A stretch of DNA of 62,257 nt, the filler included, from Stramenopiles sp. TOSAG23-3 (lineage: Eukaryota), in the NCBI GenBank assembly GCA_900128585.1. It is 6 parts of 6 records of this genome, joined end to end, with 100 filler letters (N's around TTAATTAATTAA, not from the genome) between each part and the next. Parts side by side here need not be neighbours in the genome. Positions count along the whole stretch, not along the records: positions 1 to 14,539 come from LT642559.1; positions 14,640 to 29,173 come from LT642560.1; 4 more parts are not named here. One strand, given 5' to 3'. The notes beneath the pieces are model-generated. The model did no database searches and was not told the DNA's origin. It saw only the letters and a program-made list of their open reading frames with translations. Numbering within the stretch: the first letter of the stretch is position 1; each line of letters opens with the position of its first letter. Positions 9,232 to 19,643 of this stretch are shown here, one piece after another. Position numbers and translations under genes: made by a program.

Positions 9232-10650
9232 TTATTGTTGTTCATGATGGGCGGCATCTTCGTGTTCGGCAGCTTTTAATCCCAAGTAAAACGGTATGTA
9301 GGACAAGAGAGTGATGGAAGATGCAACATAAAATGGTAAAAAATTGTTCCTGTTGTACAAATTTCCCCAGAGTTGAGGGGCAAAAATGTAAATCAGGGCG
9401 TTGACGTTGTCTAGGTTCGCAGAGCACTCCCCTTTCCCCATTCCTGATTTGATGCCCCGTTCCATGGCGTGCGAATCGACAACGACCTGGTTCTGCATAC
9501 CCACGATCATTGGGAGAAGGCTTGACATGAAAAAGAGGCGCGATGCCTGGCTGGTATCACGCGCGAACGAGCGCAGGAGAAACATTCCCGCGGCCATGCA
9601 GTTTGTCAGCAGCACGAACATGCTGTCGTCCAAGAGTGGGAGAAATTTTTTTGTGAACGAAGTCCCAAGCATGAACCCGAGGCCTTCGAACATCAACAGC
9701 CGGCCGTTTTCCATTGGGGTGAACTTGATGATCTGCTGAACTTGATACGACATGACGTGCCACAGGGATTTGATCGGTGACGTCATTTTTTGCATGGCCT
9801 GGGCAATCGTAAAGTACGCCAAACTTTTCGACCTGCAAAAGAGCGTTACAAAAGACAGCGGGTTTGACATTCGGAAAGACCGCGCCCCCTCGGTTCTCCT
9901 TTTCTGTGGTGGTGTTCCCCCCTCCGTTCTCCTTTTCTGTGGTGGTGCTCCCCCCCCCGCCCTCCCCTCCTCGCCGACACCTCCACTAATCGTTGGGTTC
10001 GTTTCGGCCATGCTAATGGCAACGGTTGCGGCACAACCAAGGTTGCATATGTACCGAACAAAGAAGGCCCTCTTCACCGATTTTCCCACCCATGGGGTCA
10101 GAACTAACGGCCCAAGGATGTACGCGAGCCCCATGGAGGCCTGCAAATAGGAGTTGGACAGTGCAAGCCGGGAGCCCCTGTAAAGGTCGGACAGCGAGGC
10201 CAAGCGAGTTGTGTTGAAGGAACCGTAACAGAGCGATTTCCCGTACTGGGCCGCGTAAATCAAGAAAAATGCGATAAAATTCAGCTTTTTGTACGACGTT
10301 GCGTCTCGCATGTACCAGCACAACGCCATGCCCAACTGTGTGCCAATCAACACGGGCCTTCGGCCTAGCCAGTCGGAAAGGTCCCCCATCCATGGAGAAA
10401 ATAAAAAGGTAATGAGTTGCCCACCGCTCGCCATGTTGGCACTCAAAGTGACGACTTTTTTCAGGTCGCCACCCGCCATGTACAAATAATTTTGGTAATT
10501 CGCGCCTGCCGCCTTGTCCGCCATCATCGCTGAAAACTGAAACAAGTTGCACACCGCAAACGCAACATCCTCCTTTGAAAAAGTTTCCAACCCTACCCTG
10601 CGGCCGTCCGCCTTTTCTTCAAACTCCTCATCAGGCTTGCTCAAAGCCAT
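9232..10650 (-). CDS. MFS transporter, TetA/HIAT1 (MFSD14)-like
   Basis: MFS motif A GDLSDWLGRRPVL; ASLSDL; G..YILGP; NPL motif after the central loop; about 12 hydrophobic segments. Confidence 0.88.
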   Translation of the reverse strand: MALSKPDEEFEEKADGRRVGLETFSKEDVAFAVCNLFQFSAMMADKAAGANYQNYLYMAGGDLKKVVTLSANMASGGQLITFLFSPWMGDLSDWLGRRPVLIGTQLGMALCWYMRDATSYKKLNFIAFFLIYAAQYGKSLCYGSFNTTRLASLSDLYRGSRLALSNSYLQASMGLAYILGPLVLTPWVGKSVKRAFFVRYICNLGCAATVAISMAETNPTISGGVGEEGRAGGGAPPQKRRTEGGTPPQKRRTEGARSFRMSNPLSFVTLFCRSKSLAYFTIAQAMQKMTSPIKSLWHVMSYQVQQIIKFTPMENGRLLMFEGLGFMLGTSFTKKFLPLLDDSMFVLLTNCMAAGMFLLRSFARDTSQASRLFFMSSLLPMIVGMQNQVVVDSHAMERGIKSGMGKGECSANLDNVNALIYIFAPQLWGNLYNRNNFLPFYVASSITLLSYIPFYLGLKAAEHEDAAHHEQQ

Positions 10651-11269
10651 CTTGACGGGCTGCTCCGGTCGGCTGCACGATATACTTCGCCGCCTGGCAC
10701 AGTTAGACGATATATATATATATATATATATATATAGGTAGCAATGTCTACGTTCGGTTTACATCGAAAGGTAAAGACAGTGTTCTGCTTGTCATGTGAT
10801 GTTTATGTTTGTGATGAAAATTTATTTGCGATTTGAATATACTCCTCGGCTTTGGAAGGAAGAAGAAGATAGAAGAAGAATTGAAAAAATAACTTTTTTT
10901 TTTTTCTTCTTCTTTATTATTATTGTTGTTTTGTGGTGGTGGTGGTGGTGTGTTGGTATTATATTTTTTCATTTTGGTGGTAGTAATAATAATAGTAGTA
11001 TAGTATAATAATTTAATAATAATAATTCTTCCTATACTATAGCCTCTTAAGCTTATCAAATAAGAAAAAAGAGAATACAATAATCAATATTATAGTATCT
11101 TCCTTATATATATATAGTATAGTAATAGTAGTATTTTCAAATTTATTAATAATCTGGTTCTTCTGACTACTTCGTAAAAAAATATCTCTCTTTTGTCTGA
11201 TGAAAAATTCTAGAACGTACCTTTGCCTTATCCTACCTACCTACAACATACATACTAGATGTATTTTTA

Positions 11270-14200
11270 TTATTCTCCCGATGGAGTTGGTGCAGGTGGC
11301 GGGGCCTTTTTCCCACTCCGAAGCAATGCAAAAGTTTCCTGGACGTTTTTCAGCCTGTCTTGTAGGCTGGTCACCCCCGTGTCCGCTGTGCTACTTGCGG
11401 CGCTCTCTACTGAAGGCGGCATTCCGACCGTAACGGACCCGGTGCGGTGGATGCGCATCGTAGGTCGGGACGCGCTCGCAGCGTACCCTCCAACGACGTC
11501 CCCCGCGCCGCCGGCAGCCCCCGACCGCATCGATGCGAGCTTTGCCTGGGCAGACGCAAAGTAATTGCCAGGCATACTATTATAACTGTTCCCATACCCG
11601 GCGCTACCGATGGTGCTACTTCTGTGCGCACCGCTGCTGCCGAACGATTGCATCATTGGCGTTGCCCCGGGCGTCTGTATCGATGGCCGAGGGGGGGATA
11701 TCGCATGCTCTACCCGGCGAAGAGACTGGGACAGTTCCATAATGGCCAAGTCTTTCTGCACCTTTTGGCCGTCGATGCTCGACAGCGTGTTTTCCAGCCC
11801 CCCCACTTTCGACTGCAGAAGCCCGATCTGCGCCTGGTCCAGCTCCCGCTGCTCTTGAATGGACTTCCTCGACCGTTCCAGCTGCCGGGCCAAGTCCAGC
11901 TTGGACTCCTGCAGCCTTGAATTTTCGAGCTTGATGTTCGTAAACTCTTGCTCAATCTGAAACTCGCGCTGGCGCAGCTCCTGGATCTGGCCCCTTGCCT
12001 GGACGGCGTCGCTTTGGACGCTTTGCAGGTCCGTTGCCAACGCGTCGCGCTCCCGCTCCATGACCTGGCACCGTTTCGTGACCGCTTCCAGCTGGTTTTC
12101 CGTCCGCCGCTGGGCGTTCAGGGCGTCTTCCTTTTCACGGGCAGTCTTCTGGTTCTGGGATTCCAAGTTCATGCGAAGCGATTCAAGGGATCGGAGCTTC
12201 AGGTTGGCCGCATCCAGGTCCTGCTCCGTCGTTCGCAGGGACATGCCCACCCGGTCCTTCTCTTGCATCGAACGCTGGTAGTCGATTTGAAGGGTGTTCA
12301 AGGTCGTGGATATCTCGTTCTCCATTTGCGACTGGGTGTGTTGCAACTGCTGGATCTGGTTCCGTTGGTCGTTTATCGTCGACCGAGCGGCCTCGAGCTG
12401 CTGCTCCAGCATCTTTTTTCTCTGCTCGAAATCGGCGGTGCGGCGCTCGGCGAGGGATGCCTGCGACCGTGCAGAGGCCAGGTCGGAGCGGCACTGGACC
12501 AGGTCGGATTCGACTGCCGCGATATTCTTCTGCAAGTTGTGGACTTTGGAGTCTACCGTCTGCAAATTGTCGTTCACGGCCGTCTTCTCGCTGCGCAGCC
12601 GGTCGACCAGCTGCTGTAGCTGCGAGCACCGCTCCGTCTGCGCCGCCCGTTCCATCTCGTTGCGCCTCAGCTCTTGCTCCATTGTCTGGAGCTGCGAGGT
12701 CTGGTTCTTCAAGTAATTTATTTCCTGCCTCATCAGCTGCGTTTCAGAGTTTCTCTCGTTGCGGAGCTCCGCCACCTCTTGCTCCGAGCTGCGAAGGCGC
12801 CCTTCGAGCTGCCCGTTCCGCCCGAGCTGCAAGCGCATGGTTTGGACCTCTCCTTCGAGCTGGAACACTTGCTCGCGTGCCGTCCGCAACTGCTCCAGCT
12901 CGGACTCGCTGCTTTGCAGCTGCGACTCCGACGAGACGCCGTGGGTTGCCGTCATCTGGACCAAGGATGTTATGCTCCTCACCGTTTCGCGAACGCCATC
13001 GATGGCTGGGTTGCCGACGTTGTGCCGGGCCGGGGTGCCGAACGCCCCGGAGCGCGGGACGGATTTCGACGGGGTGTACGCCCGCCTGGGCGTCGCCAGC
13101 GACTCGGACCGTTTCCGTATGAAATCGCCGACCGCCGGGTTGCTAGAACCGTACCGGCTGCACACATCGTCCACCGCCTGGCTCAGGGTGCGACGGATGC
13201 TCTCCCCCTCGCTCGTCAGCGCGACCACGCTGCTCTCGACGACGCTCTTCTCGTTCGTCGTCCGGTTCAGGCGGCCCTCCAGGTTTCGCACCTGGGCCTC
13301 CAGCCCAGAGACTTTCGTCTCCGCGGACGAGACCGCGTTCTGCATGCTGTTCCGGACACTGGAGATGCTCGATTCTTCGTTTCGGCGCTCCTCGGTGAGC
13401 TCGTTGTACAGCTGCTCGAAGTTCTCCCTTGCGGACCGTTCGCCCTTCAGCTGAGCGACCAAATCTTCGCCGTCGGTGGTCGCGCCCTCCAGCCTCGTTT
13501 TCATCTCTCCGCTGAACTTCTTCAGGTTGTCCCGCTCCGTCTCTAGGGACGCGATCTTTTCTAGCATGACATGGGTTTCGCGCCGCCGCTCCTTCGTCAG
13601 CGCCCCGGCGTCCTCCGCGGCCTCCACCACCTGTTGCTCCAAGTCGGCCACGCGGGAGGTGAGGCTCTCGTTCTCGACCGTCATGTTCTCGTTGCCAATC
13701 TTGAACTTCTCCAACTCTTTGCTGGTCTGGCTCAGGAGCGACTGAATGCCGTCCCGCTCCCGGGTGGAGGCGGACAGGGCCTTTTCGGTCGACATCAACC
13801 GCTCGTGGGTGCGGGACGCCTGCTGCTCTACGTTTCGGAGCGACTTCTGCGTCGTCTCCAGTTCCTCCGTCAGGCCGTTCACCTCGTTGTTCAGCGTTTC
13901 GACCTGGGTGTTCGCGTCCCGCAGTTCCCGCTCCAAGCCCTCCGCCCTCGACCGGGTGTTCGAGGCCTCCTGCTCCGCTTCCCGCTGGGCCTGCCGGGTG
14001 TTGTCCTGCTGCGACCGGAGCGAGTGGATCTCGTCGTGGAGCATGCGGCTCCCGAGCGTCTTCTCCTTCTTCTCCATGTCCAGGTGGACCTGGACTTCCC
14101 GCAGCGAGACCTGCGTGTCCCGGTACTCGGAGTATTGCGCCCGCACGAACTTGGACAGGGACGGGCAGAGCTGCTGCAGCACCGGGCTGCTGCTCCAGTG

Positions 14201-14539
14201 GCCAAACCGGGTGACCGGGTCGCCCTTGCCCCCCTCTGACCCCTCGCCCTTCTCTTGCGGGGCATTTAACTCCTTGAGCTCGGCCTCGACCCGCTCCCCG
14301 AGGGTCTGGTATGCCCTCAGCACCGACAGCTCTTGGTTGTTTTGCTCGAGCTGGCGCCCCATCTCCTTCATCTGCTCCTCGATTGAATTCTGGTGCGCCT
14401 CCACTTCTGCTAGCGTGCCCTCCTGGCGGGCCCGCTCCGACTCCAACACTCTCACCTTCTCCTCCCCCGCGTCCGCCCGGGACGTGGCGTTGCCCAGGTC
14501 GCTCTCGAGCTTCAGGCAGCGCTGGGAGAGCCCCTCGAG
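11270..14539 (-). CDS. Long coiled-coil protein (over 1089 aa, 5' end missing), cytoskeletal/basal-body type
   Basis: Frame is open to the contig edge; E/Q/L/R-rich heptads throughout; low-complexity C-terminus; GC-rich codon usage. Confidence 0.85.
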   Translation of the reverse strand, partial: LEGLSQRCLKLESDLGNATSRADAGEEKVRVLESERARQEGTLAEVEAHQNSIEEQMKEMGRQLEQNNQELSVLRAYQTLGERVEAELKELNAPQEKGEGSEGGKGDPVTRFGHWSSSPVLQQLCPSLSKFVRAQYSEYRDTQVSLREVQVHLDMEKKEKTLGSRMLHDEIHSLRSQQDNTRQAQREAEQEASNTRSRAEGLERELRDANTQVETLNNEVNGLTEELETTQKSLRNVEQQASRTHERLMSTEKALSASTRERDGIQSLLSQTSKELEKFKIGNENMTVENESLTSRVADLEQQVVEAAEDAGALTKERRRETHVMLEKIASLETERDNLKKFSGEMKTRLEGATTDGEDLVAQLKGERSARENFEQLYNELTEERRNEESSISSVRNSMQNAVSSAETKVSGLEAQVRNLEGRLNRTTNEKSVVESSVVALTSEGESIRRTLSQAVDDVCSRYGSSNPAVGDFIRKRSESLATPRRAYTPSKSVPRSGAFGTPARHNVGNPAIDGVRETVRSITSLVQMTATHGVSSESQLQSSESELEQLRTAREQVFQLEGEVQTMRLQLGRNGQLEGRLRSSEQEVAELRNERNSETQLMRQEINYLKNQTSQLQTMEQELRRNEMERAAQTERCSQLQQLVDRLRSEKTAVNDNLQTVDSKVHNLQKNIAAVESDLVQCRSDLASARSQASLAERRTADFEQRKKMLEQQLEAARSTINDQRNQIQQLQHTQSQMENEISTTLNTLQIDYQRSMQEKDRVGMSLRTTEQDLDAANLKLRSLESLRMNLESQNQKTAREKEDALNAQRRTENQLEAVTKRCQVMERERDALATDLQSVQSDAVQARGQIQELRQREFQIEQEFTNIKLENSRLQESKLDLARQLERSRKSIQEQRELDQAQIGLLQSKVGGLENTLSSIDGQKVQKDLAIMELSQSLRRVEHAISPPRPSIQTPGATPMMQSFGSSGAHRSSTIGSAGYGNSYNSMPGNYFASAQAKLASMRSGAAGGAGDVVGGYAASASRPTMRIHRTGSVTVGMPPSVESAASSTADTGVTSLQDRLKNVQETFALLRSGKKAPPPAPTPSGE

Positions 14540-14639
14540 NNNNNNNNNNNNNNNNNNNNNNNNNNNNNNNNNNNNNNNNNNNNTTAATTAATTAANNNNN
14601 NNNNNNNNNNNNNNNNNNNNNNNNNNNNNNNNNNNNNNN
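14540..14639. other. Artificial contig linker N44-TTAATTAATTAA-N44
   Basis: Six-frame stop 12-mer inside Ns; the identical 100-bp structure occurs five times. Confidence 0.98.
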
Positions 14640-14718
14640 CCTTCTGCTATCGCAAGTACCAGAGCATCGGTAGATATGTCTGAAGTATTAATTTGTCCTA
14701 CTTCTCCTCTAACCTTTC
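14640..14718 (-). repeat. 79-bp exact inverted copy of the other end of the same contig (29095-29173)
   Basis: CCTTCTGCTATCGCAAG...CTAACCTTTC is the reverse complement of GAAAGGTTAGAGG...GATAGCAGAAGG, which is myosin coding sequence. Confidence 0.95.
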
Positions 14719-14720
14719 AG

Positions 14721-14843
14721 AACCATCTGTTTTCTCAAATTAAGTCGATCACTCCCTTCGTTGCGGCACTGCAGGACTTTTGCAGAGCGAAAATTGCCGA
14801 AGGCATGTACGAAGAAACATGCGTAGCAGTGTGCGATTTCTAA
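14721..14843 (+). CDS. Probable orphan 3' fragment of a gene
   Basis: NHLFSQIKSITPFVAALQDFCRAKIAEGMYEETCVAVCDF-stop, followed by AT-richer sequence; preceded by CTAACCTTTCAG. Confidence 0.4.
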   Translation, partial: NHLFSQIKSITPFVAALQDFCRAKIAEGMYEETCVAVCDF

Positions 14844-15142
14844 GAGACTCTGTATGGCGTTTTAGAAAAAATCGAAAAATAGTGCGCGGTACCGAAGTAA
14901 GAACAGAGTTCGTACGAATTCGTAAACAGTAAAAAGATAGAGATGTTTTTTATAAAAATATACAAAGTACAAGAACCGTAAGTCGGATTATAACACGTGT
15001 CAAAAAGCCAGGAAAGGCGTTAATATATTGTCAAGGTTTACGCAGACGGCGCACAAGAATCTCCACTGTTTTCTTCTCCAAAAAAACATTTTTTGCGTTT
15101 CGTATGCGACCCAAACAAATGCGTCCTCTTTCTCTCAGGATA

Positions 15143-17485
15143 CTACTGTGAAATTACGTGCTCAAAAGCGCACATTTGAGCAAAATGCAGAATGTCTGAT
15201 AAACTGGAGCCCTTCATTCGTGCTTCCTTCAGGTCCTTGTTTGCGAGGCTCTCTAGGCCCACCAAAAGACCAGCTATGAACGCATCTCCTGCTCCAACCG
15301 TGTTTACCGCCCCTCCCTCTGCAGCCTTGTCGGTTGATATACAATTTTGAATAACACACGATTCCTTTACCCAGCCTGTTAAGACGGACTCTTCGATAGG
15401 AACAGCGACCCCAAACCGAGCTCGGACAACGTGGACGTCGTCGTTGACCTGCAGAAAGGCCCCGTATTTGCCAAGTGTGATTGCTACCATTCCCACATTT
15501 TGTTCAAGGAAATGGGAAGCCAATACTTTGAGGTCTTCTATGCTGATATCCTTGCAAGCATTTTCTTCATGCAAACGGGCCGGTAGCGAAGAGTTTCCGC
15601 TAGCGCAGAAGGCCACGGCCTCTTCAAAATTAGCATGGATCAGTGCCACGTGCGGCAAGGCGTCGCAAATATAAGCGGATGCATTTTCTTCCAAGCCCGA
15701 AGATGCAGCCCCGTTCAGATCAAGGGAGACTGCAATTTCAATCTGGGTTAAATCAGACAACATTGACTCCAGGTTAGCTTTTTGAAGGTTTTTTAGCTCG
15801 TACGGGTAGCCAAGGTTGAACCACAGGAGTTCGCGCAGCATATCTATTCGGCGGCAGCCCAGACCAACTTCCCCCAACAAGGAATCTCGATTCAGGAGAC
15901 TGGTGGCGCCGGGAACAACAATGCACGCGCGTTCGCCACTTTCATAGACTGGTAAAAATGCGACTTGTGTAGATGCCTCGTTCGTGCGCGCTACGTACCG
16001 GACACCAACCCCTCGCCCCTCCATATAATCCATTAACAGATCACCGTCCGAATCTGTCCCAATTAAGGTTAACGCCTCACACCGACAATTTTCAAACGAA
16101 GCCACGATTCTCGACGTGTTTGGGACCGAACCCCCCACTTGCCTGCTGAATGATTTTGCCACCACATGATCGGTGCTGCGGTTTAGCACGCCTGTTCCGT
16201 TTATAACGTAATCTACGCAGCTCAAGCCAGCACATGCGATACCGCTTCGGTTGTCCACAGCGGGTGCGAATGGGTACACAGAAAGCAGCAGGAGTCTGTC
16301 AGTCGAGCTGCTGTTTTCGATGGACACGGTCGCCTCCGGACAGACCAACATCTCTCTCCTCGACTCGGTGTCAGCACCAACATTTATGCCATTGACGACG
16401 CCTGAACCCATCCAGACGACCATGGAGAATGGTTTTGGCCCCGGTTGAATGCAGTAGCTGCCGCCGGGAGCCAGATCGATGGCTTCGCCGTAGAAGCGAT
16501 CAAAGAATGTCTGCAGCCTTCTCCCCCAGGACCCTTCTTCGAGGACAACGCTTGGACGAAACCACTTCTCTTTAAAGTTTTCTTCGGCCGTCAAGTTCAT
16601 ATTGACTACTTCTTCAAACAGCTTCGCTTCGTTTGTACACCCTTTCAGCATAGATCGCTCCCGTTCTTCTTCCAACTCTTCTTTGCTGCCGTCGATTTTT
16701 TTCCCCAGTTGCCACGCCAGTAAATTCCCGTCGTCTTGGGGCAATTGAACCTCAAAAGTCAGGTACGGCCCCGGCGCGTGAATGCAGCCGCAGGCAATGG
16801 TCCACCCAGTGAAAGGCGAGACTTCGTACTCGTTGAGGTGGGTGTACATGTTGTCGTTGACACCGAATTGGCACATGCACGTAACCAAAGTTTCAGGGGC
16901 CGTGTTTGGTTTTATACCCAACCGCGTTTTTGCCCCGACCACCTCCTTCCCTTTGGGAAGCGGGGGAAAGAAATAGGCTTCCAACTTCCCGTGCCCGCAG
17001 CAGCGGCCGTTGCAGATGTAACCTGAGTGCACGTGGCAGGGTATTGGCGGAACTTCTTCAGTCCCCTTTTCACCGTTAAAATTCGGAGATATGGCCGAAC
17101 CTCCTATGTCCAAAACCTTTATTAGCGGCCATGCGTGCCTGTATTTCCCCAGCACTTCGGGTTCAGCAACATTTAGCACGTCCGTAAACAAAACCGTCTT
17201 GGTTGAAGTTGGGTCACCGACGAAGAAAGAAGCGACACCTTCGTTTTCTTTCTCAATGGGGTTGCCAGCCATGACCGTGGAACACAGCCACCACTCCACC
17301 GGAACATACCCCCGATCGTCCACGTACCCCGGCTCCAATTTGCTGTTTAATCCCAGGATGTCCCTCCCCAAGTACGTGTGCCGCCCCACCAGCGCTGGCT
17401 TTGCGAAAAGGACCCCTCCATTTTGCTTGATGGTCTCCAAGACTTCCCGCCGAACGTCGCTGTTATAGTCTTTACCCGCAGACAT
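15143..17485 (-). CDS. Fusion of a cupin (type I phosphomannose-isomerase-like) domain and a PfkB/ribokinase-family sugar kinase
   Basis: N-half: EWWLCST, PIPCHVH, GKLEAYFFPP, IHAPG..TFEVQ. C-half: GLSCVD, GGSVPN, IG.D.DG, SLDLN, ANFEEA, ITLGKYGA, NTVGAGDAFIAG. Confidence 0.85.
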   Translation of the reverse strand: MSAGKDYNSDVRREVLETIKQNGGVLFAKPALVGRHTYLGRDILGLNSKLEPGYVDDRGYVPVEWWLCSTVMAGNPIEKENEGVASFFVGDPTSTKTVLFTDVLNVAEPEVLGKYRHAWPLIKVLDIGGSAISPNFNGEKGTEEVPPIPCHVHSGYICNGRCCGHGKLEAYFFPPLPKGKEVVGAKTRLGIKPNTAPETLVTCMCQFGVNDNMYTHLNEYEVSPFTGWTIACGCIHAPGPYLTFEVQLPQDDGNLLAWQLGKKIDGSKEELEEERERSMLKGCTNEAKLFEEVVNMNLTAEENFKEKWFRPSVVLEEGSWGRRLQTFFDRFYGEAIDLAPGGSYCIQPGPKPFSMVVWMGSGVVNGINVGADTESRREMLVCPEATVSIENSSSTDRLLLLSVYPFAPAVDNRSGIACAGLSCVDYVINGTGVLNRSTDHVVAKSFSRQVGGSVPNTSRIVASFENCRCEALTLIGTDSDGDLLMDYMEGRGVGVRYVARTNEASTQVAFLPVYESGERACIVVPGATSLLNRDSLLGEVGLGCRRIDMLRELLWFNLGYPYELKNLQKANLESMLSDLTQIEIAVSLDLNGAASSGLEENASAYICDALPHVALIHANFEEAVAFCASGNSSLPARLHEENACKDISIEDLKVLASHFLEQNVGMVAITLGKYGAFLQVNDDVHVVRARFGVAVPIEESVLTGWVKESCVIQNCISTDKAAEGGAVNTVGAGDAFIAGLLVGLESLANKDLKEARMKGSSLSDILHFAQMCAFEHVISQ

Positions 17486-18117
17486 AATAATAATAATACT
17501 TTTCGTCAGAATTTGGCCTTTCTTCGGTTGTATACAAGTGAACGTATTAGTTTGTAGAAAGCAAATAATGTCCGTTTCTCTTCGTATATGTTAATAATTC
17601 TATGAATTAATTCATGTAATAATGGATTGGAATATACATTACCAGTATTACGAAAAAGGTCGAGAAGATGATAGTAGTCTCTATAATTGCGCAATTGCGC
17701 TCGTATTATTAGTTGTGAGCCGTTATATTACCAAGGTATAAATAGCTGTAACTACTATTGTCCATATTGGGAAATACTAAATATAATAGACTAAAACAAA
17801 AAAAATCTTTTTTTTTTTATTTATTTATTATTTTTTAATAATAATATCTTCTTCTTCTTCGTTCTTCTCTCTCGTAAGAGGTTCAGGTATTTAGTACCTG
17901 TTCTTATTATAGAAAATTCTTACCGGTGCCCAGACAAATAACAAGCTGAATTGATTTGATCAGGTAGCACTGGGACCGATTTTAATACACATCGAAAAAA
18001 CGCAAGGAATCATTGTTTATTAAACCAACACGTGCACACGCACACCACCGACGATGACCATATGTGCCACGCTTGATGTATCATTGGGACTGCGGGTATT
18101 CCTCGCATTTTTTTCTT

Positions 18118-18618
18118 TTATTTCAGTTTTGAGCCGAAGCTCTGCCACAACCTGGGGTGGGTCTTTACCGTAAAGAGACCAATCGTGTTTATAGACAAGA
18201 AAAACGTACCGCTACTAACGCTGCTGCCAAAAGGCAACAAACTGCATGTGTAAACCACAATGCAACATGTCCATAGAGCAAGAAGCACCAAGAGCCGCCA
18301 CAACCAATCTCCTTTACGCTGCGTCAGGCTGTACAAAAATGAAAAGTGAACGCACGGAAATATCGTCGAACAGTAGATGTACCCGTCGGACGGGATCGCA
18401 AACCGCAGGGTCAGTGGCCAGTACGGGTTAATATAGTGTAGGATACAAGCGATAGTACTGATCGCAACTCCATACCCAACGATTCCCGTATGGGGAACTA
18501 ACCACGCCCCCACAACGGACTTGTTGTAACGCTTTCGCAAAGATACGAACCATACCATGCTCCCCACGAATGTCAATATTTGAAGTCCCGCAAAGCAGAA
18601 ACCCACTGGATCTTCCAT
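18118..18618 (-). CDS. Small multi-pass membrane protein of unknown function (about 166 aa)
   Basis: About 5 hydrophobic segments; GC island within AT-rich flanks; ATG at MEDPVGF. Confidence 0.65.
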   Translation of the reverse strand: MEDPVGFCFAGLQILTFVGSMVWFVSLRKRYNKSVVGAWLVPHTGIVGYGVAISTIACILHYINPYWPLTLRFAIPSDGYIYCSTIFPCVHFSFLYSLTQRKGDWLWRLLVLLALWTCCIVVYTCSLLPFGSSVSSGTFFLSINTIGLFTVKTHPRLWQSFGSKLK

Positions 18619-19643
18619 GGTGGTGGTGGTGGAGTTGCACACTCACGCATTTGGAGACGGGAAATTTTATAAGAAAATGCGTCTAAAAATGAAAACGTGA
18701 AGAGACTGTTATTTAATTTACGCAAACACCAACATAATTCACCCTGTGATTGAGCCTGAGGAGGAGTACGAATTCGGAAAGAAGAAGAAGAAGAAGAAAG
18801 AAAAAAAAGAAGAAGATAATTTAAATAATGATGATGATTCAAAATCACCCTTGTAGTCGTTTATTGATAGGATAATACACAATATATTAAGTATAAATGA
18901 TTATATTCTATATTTATTAAGGAAATTCATATCTGGATTGCTATCATCTTCTCAACTTATTTTTTTTCTTTTTTGTTGTTGTTGCCCTTCTTCGATCATT
19001 ATTATTATTAGTGTTTATTACTAGTCTAGTCGTTCTAATAATAGTCTAATAAAATAAGAACACAAAATGAAGAAAATAATAATAAAATAAAGAAGAAGAA
19101 GAACGAAAGAACGAACGAACGGATTAATTCATCATCATCCTCAACGTCGTAGTCCTGGACATATAGACATAGCTACGAGAGACGACTAATACTGTAATAG
19201 CGAGTAGTTATTAAAATAACTAATTAAAATAGGAATTTGTTTCAAAAATGCTGTTGTAGGTACTCGGACTCGTAGTCTACGAATTAATATAATAGTACAG
19301 TATAGCCCTAAATACGTCTAGCGAAGAAGAGCTTTTGGAAGAAGAAGTATAAAAAAATAATAATAAACAGTTAGAAAAAAAATCTAAGAAGAAAAAAAAC
19401 ACAACGAATGCACGCTATTAATTAATTCTACCACCCATCACTTTTGTTTTCTATAAGTCTTATATCATTTATATACAAAGCATATTCAACGAACTATGAA
19501 AAATTATGTTGAGATACCTCTTCTTCTAAAATAAATAGCATTGCATAACACTTTGTAGAAAGCGTTCCTCGTTTCTGTACCGCACGAAGAGGACTCGTAC
19601 TTTTCTTTCTTTCTTTCAGGGCAGTTGGTGCTTTAGAAGAACT

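Noticed and set aside
11447-14591. Long antisense and alternate-frame ORFs overlapping GC-rich genes throughout the window
   Set aside because: Shadow ORFs caused by high GC3; no recognisable motifs.
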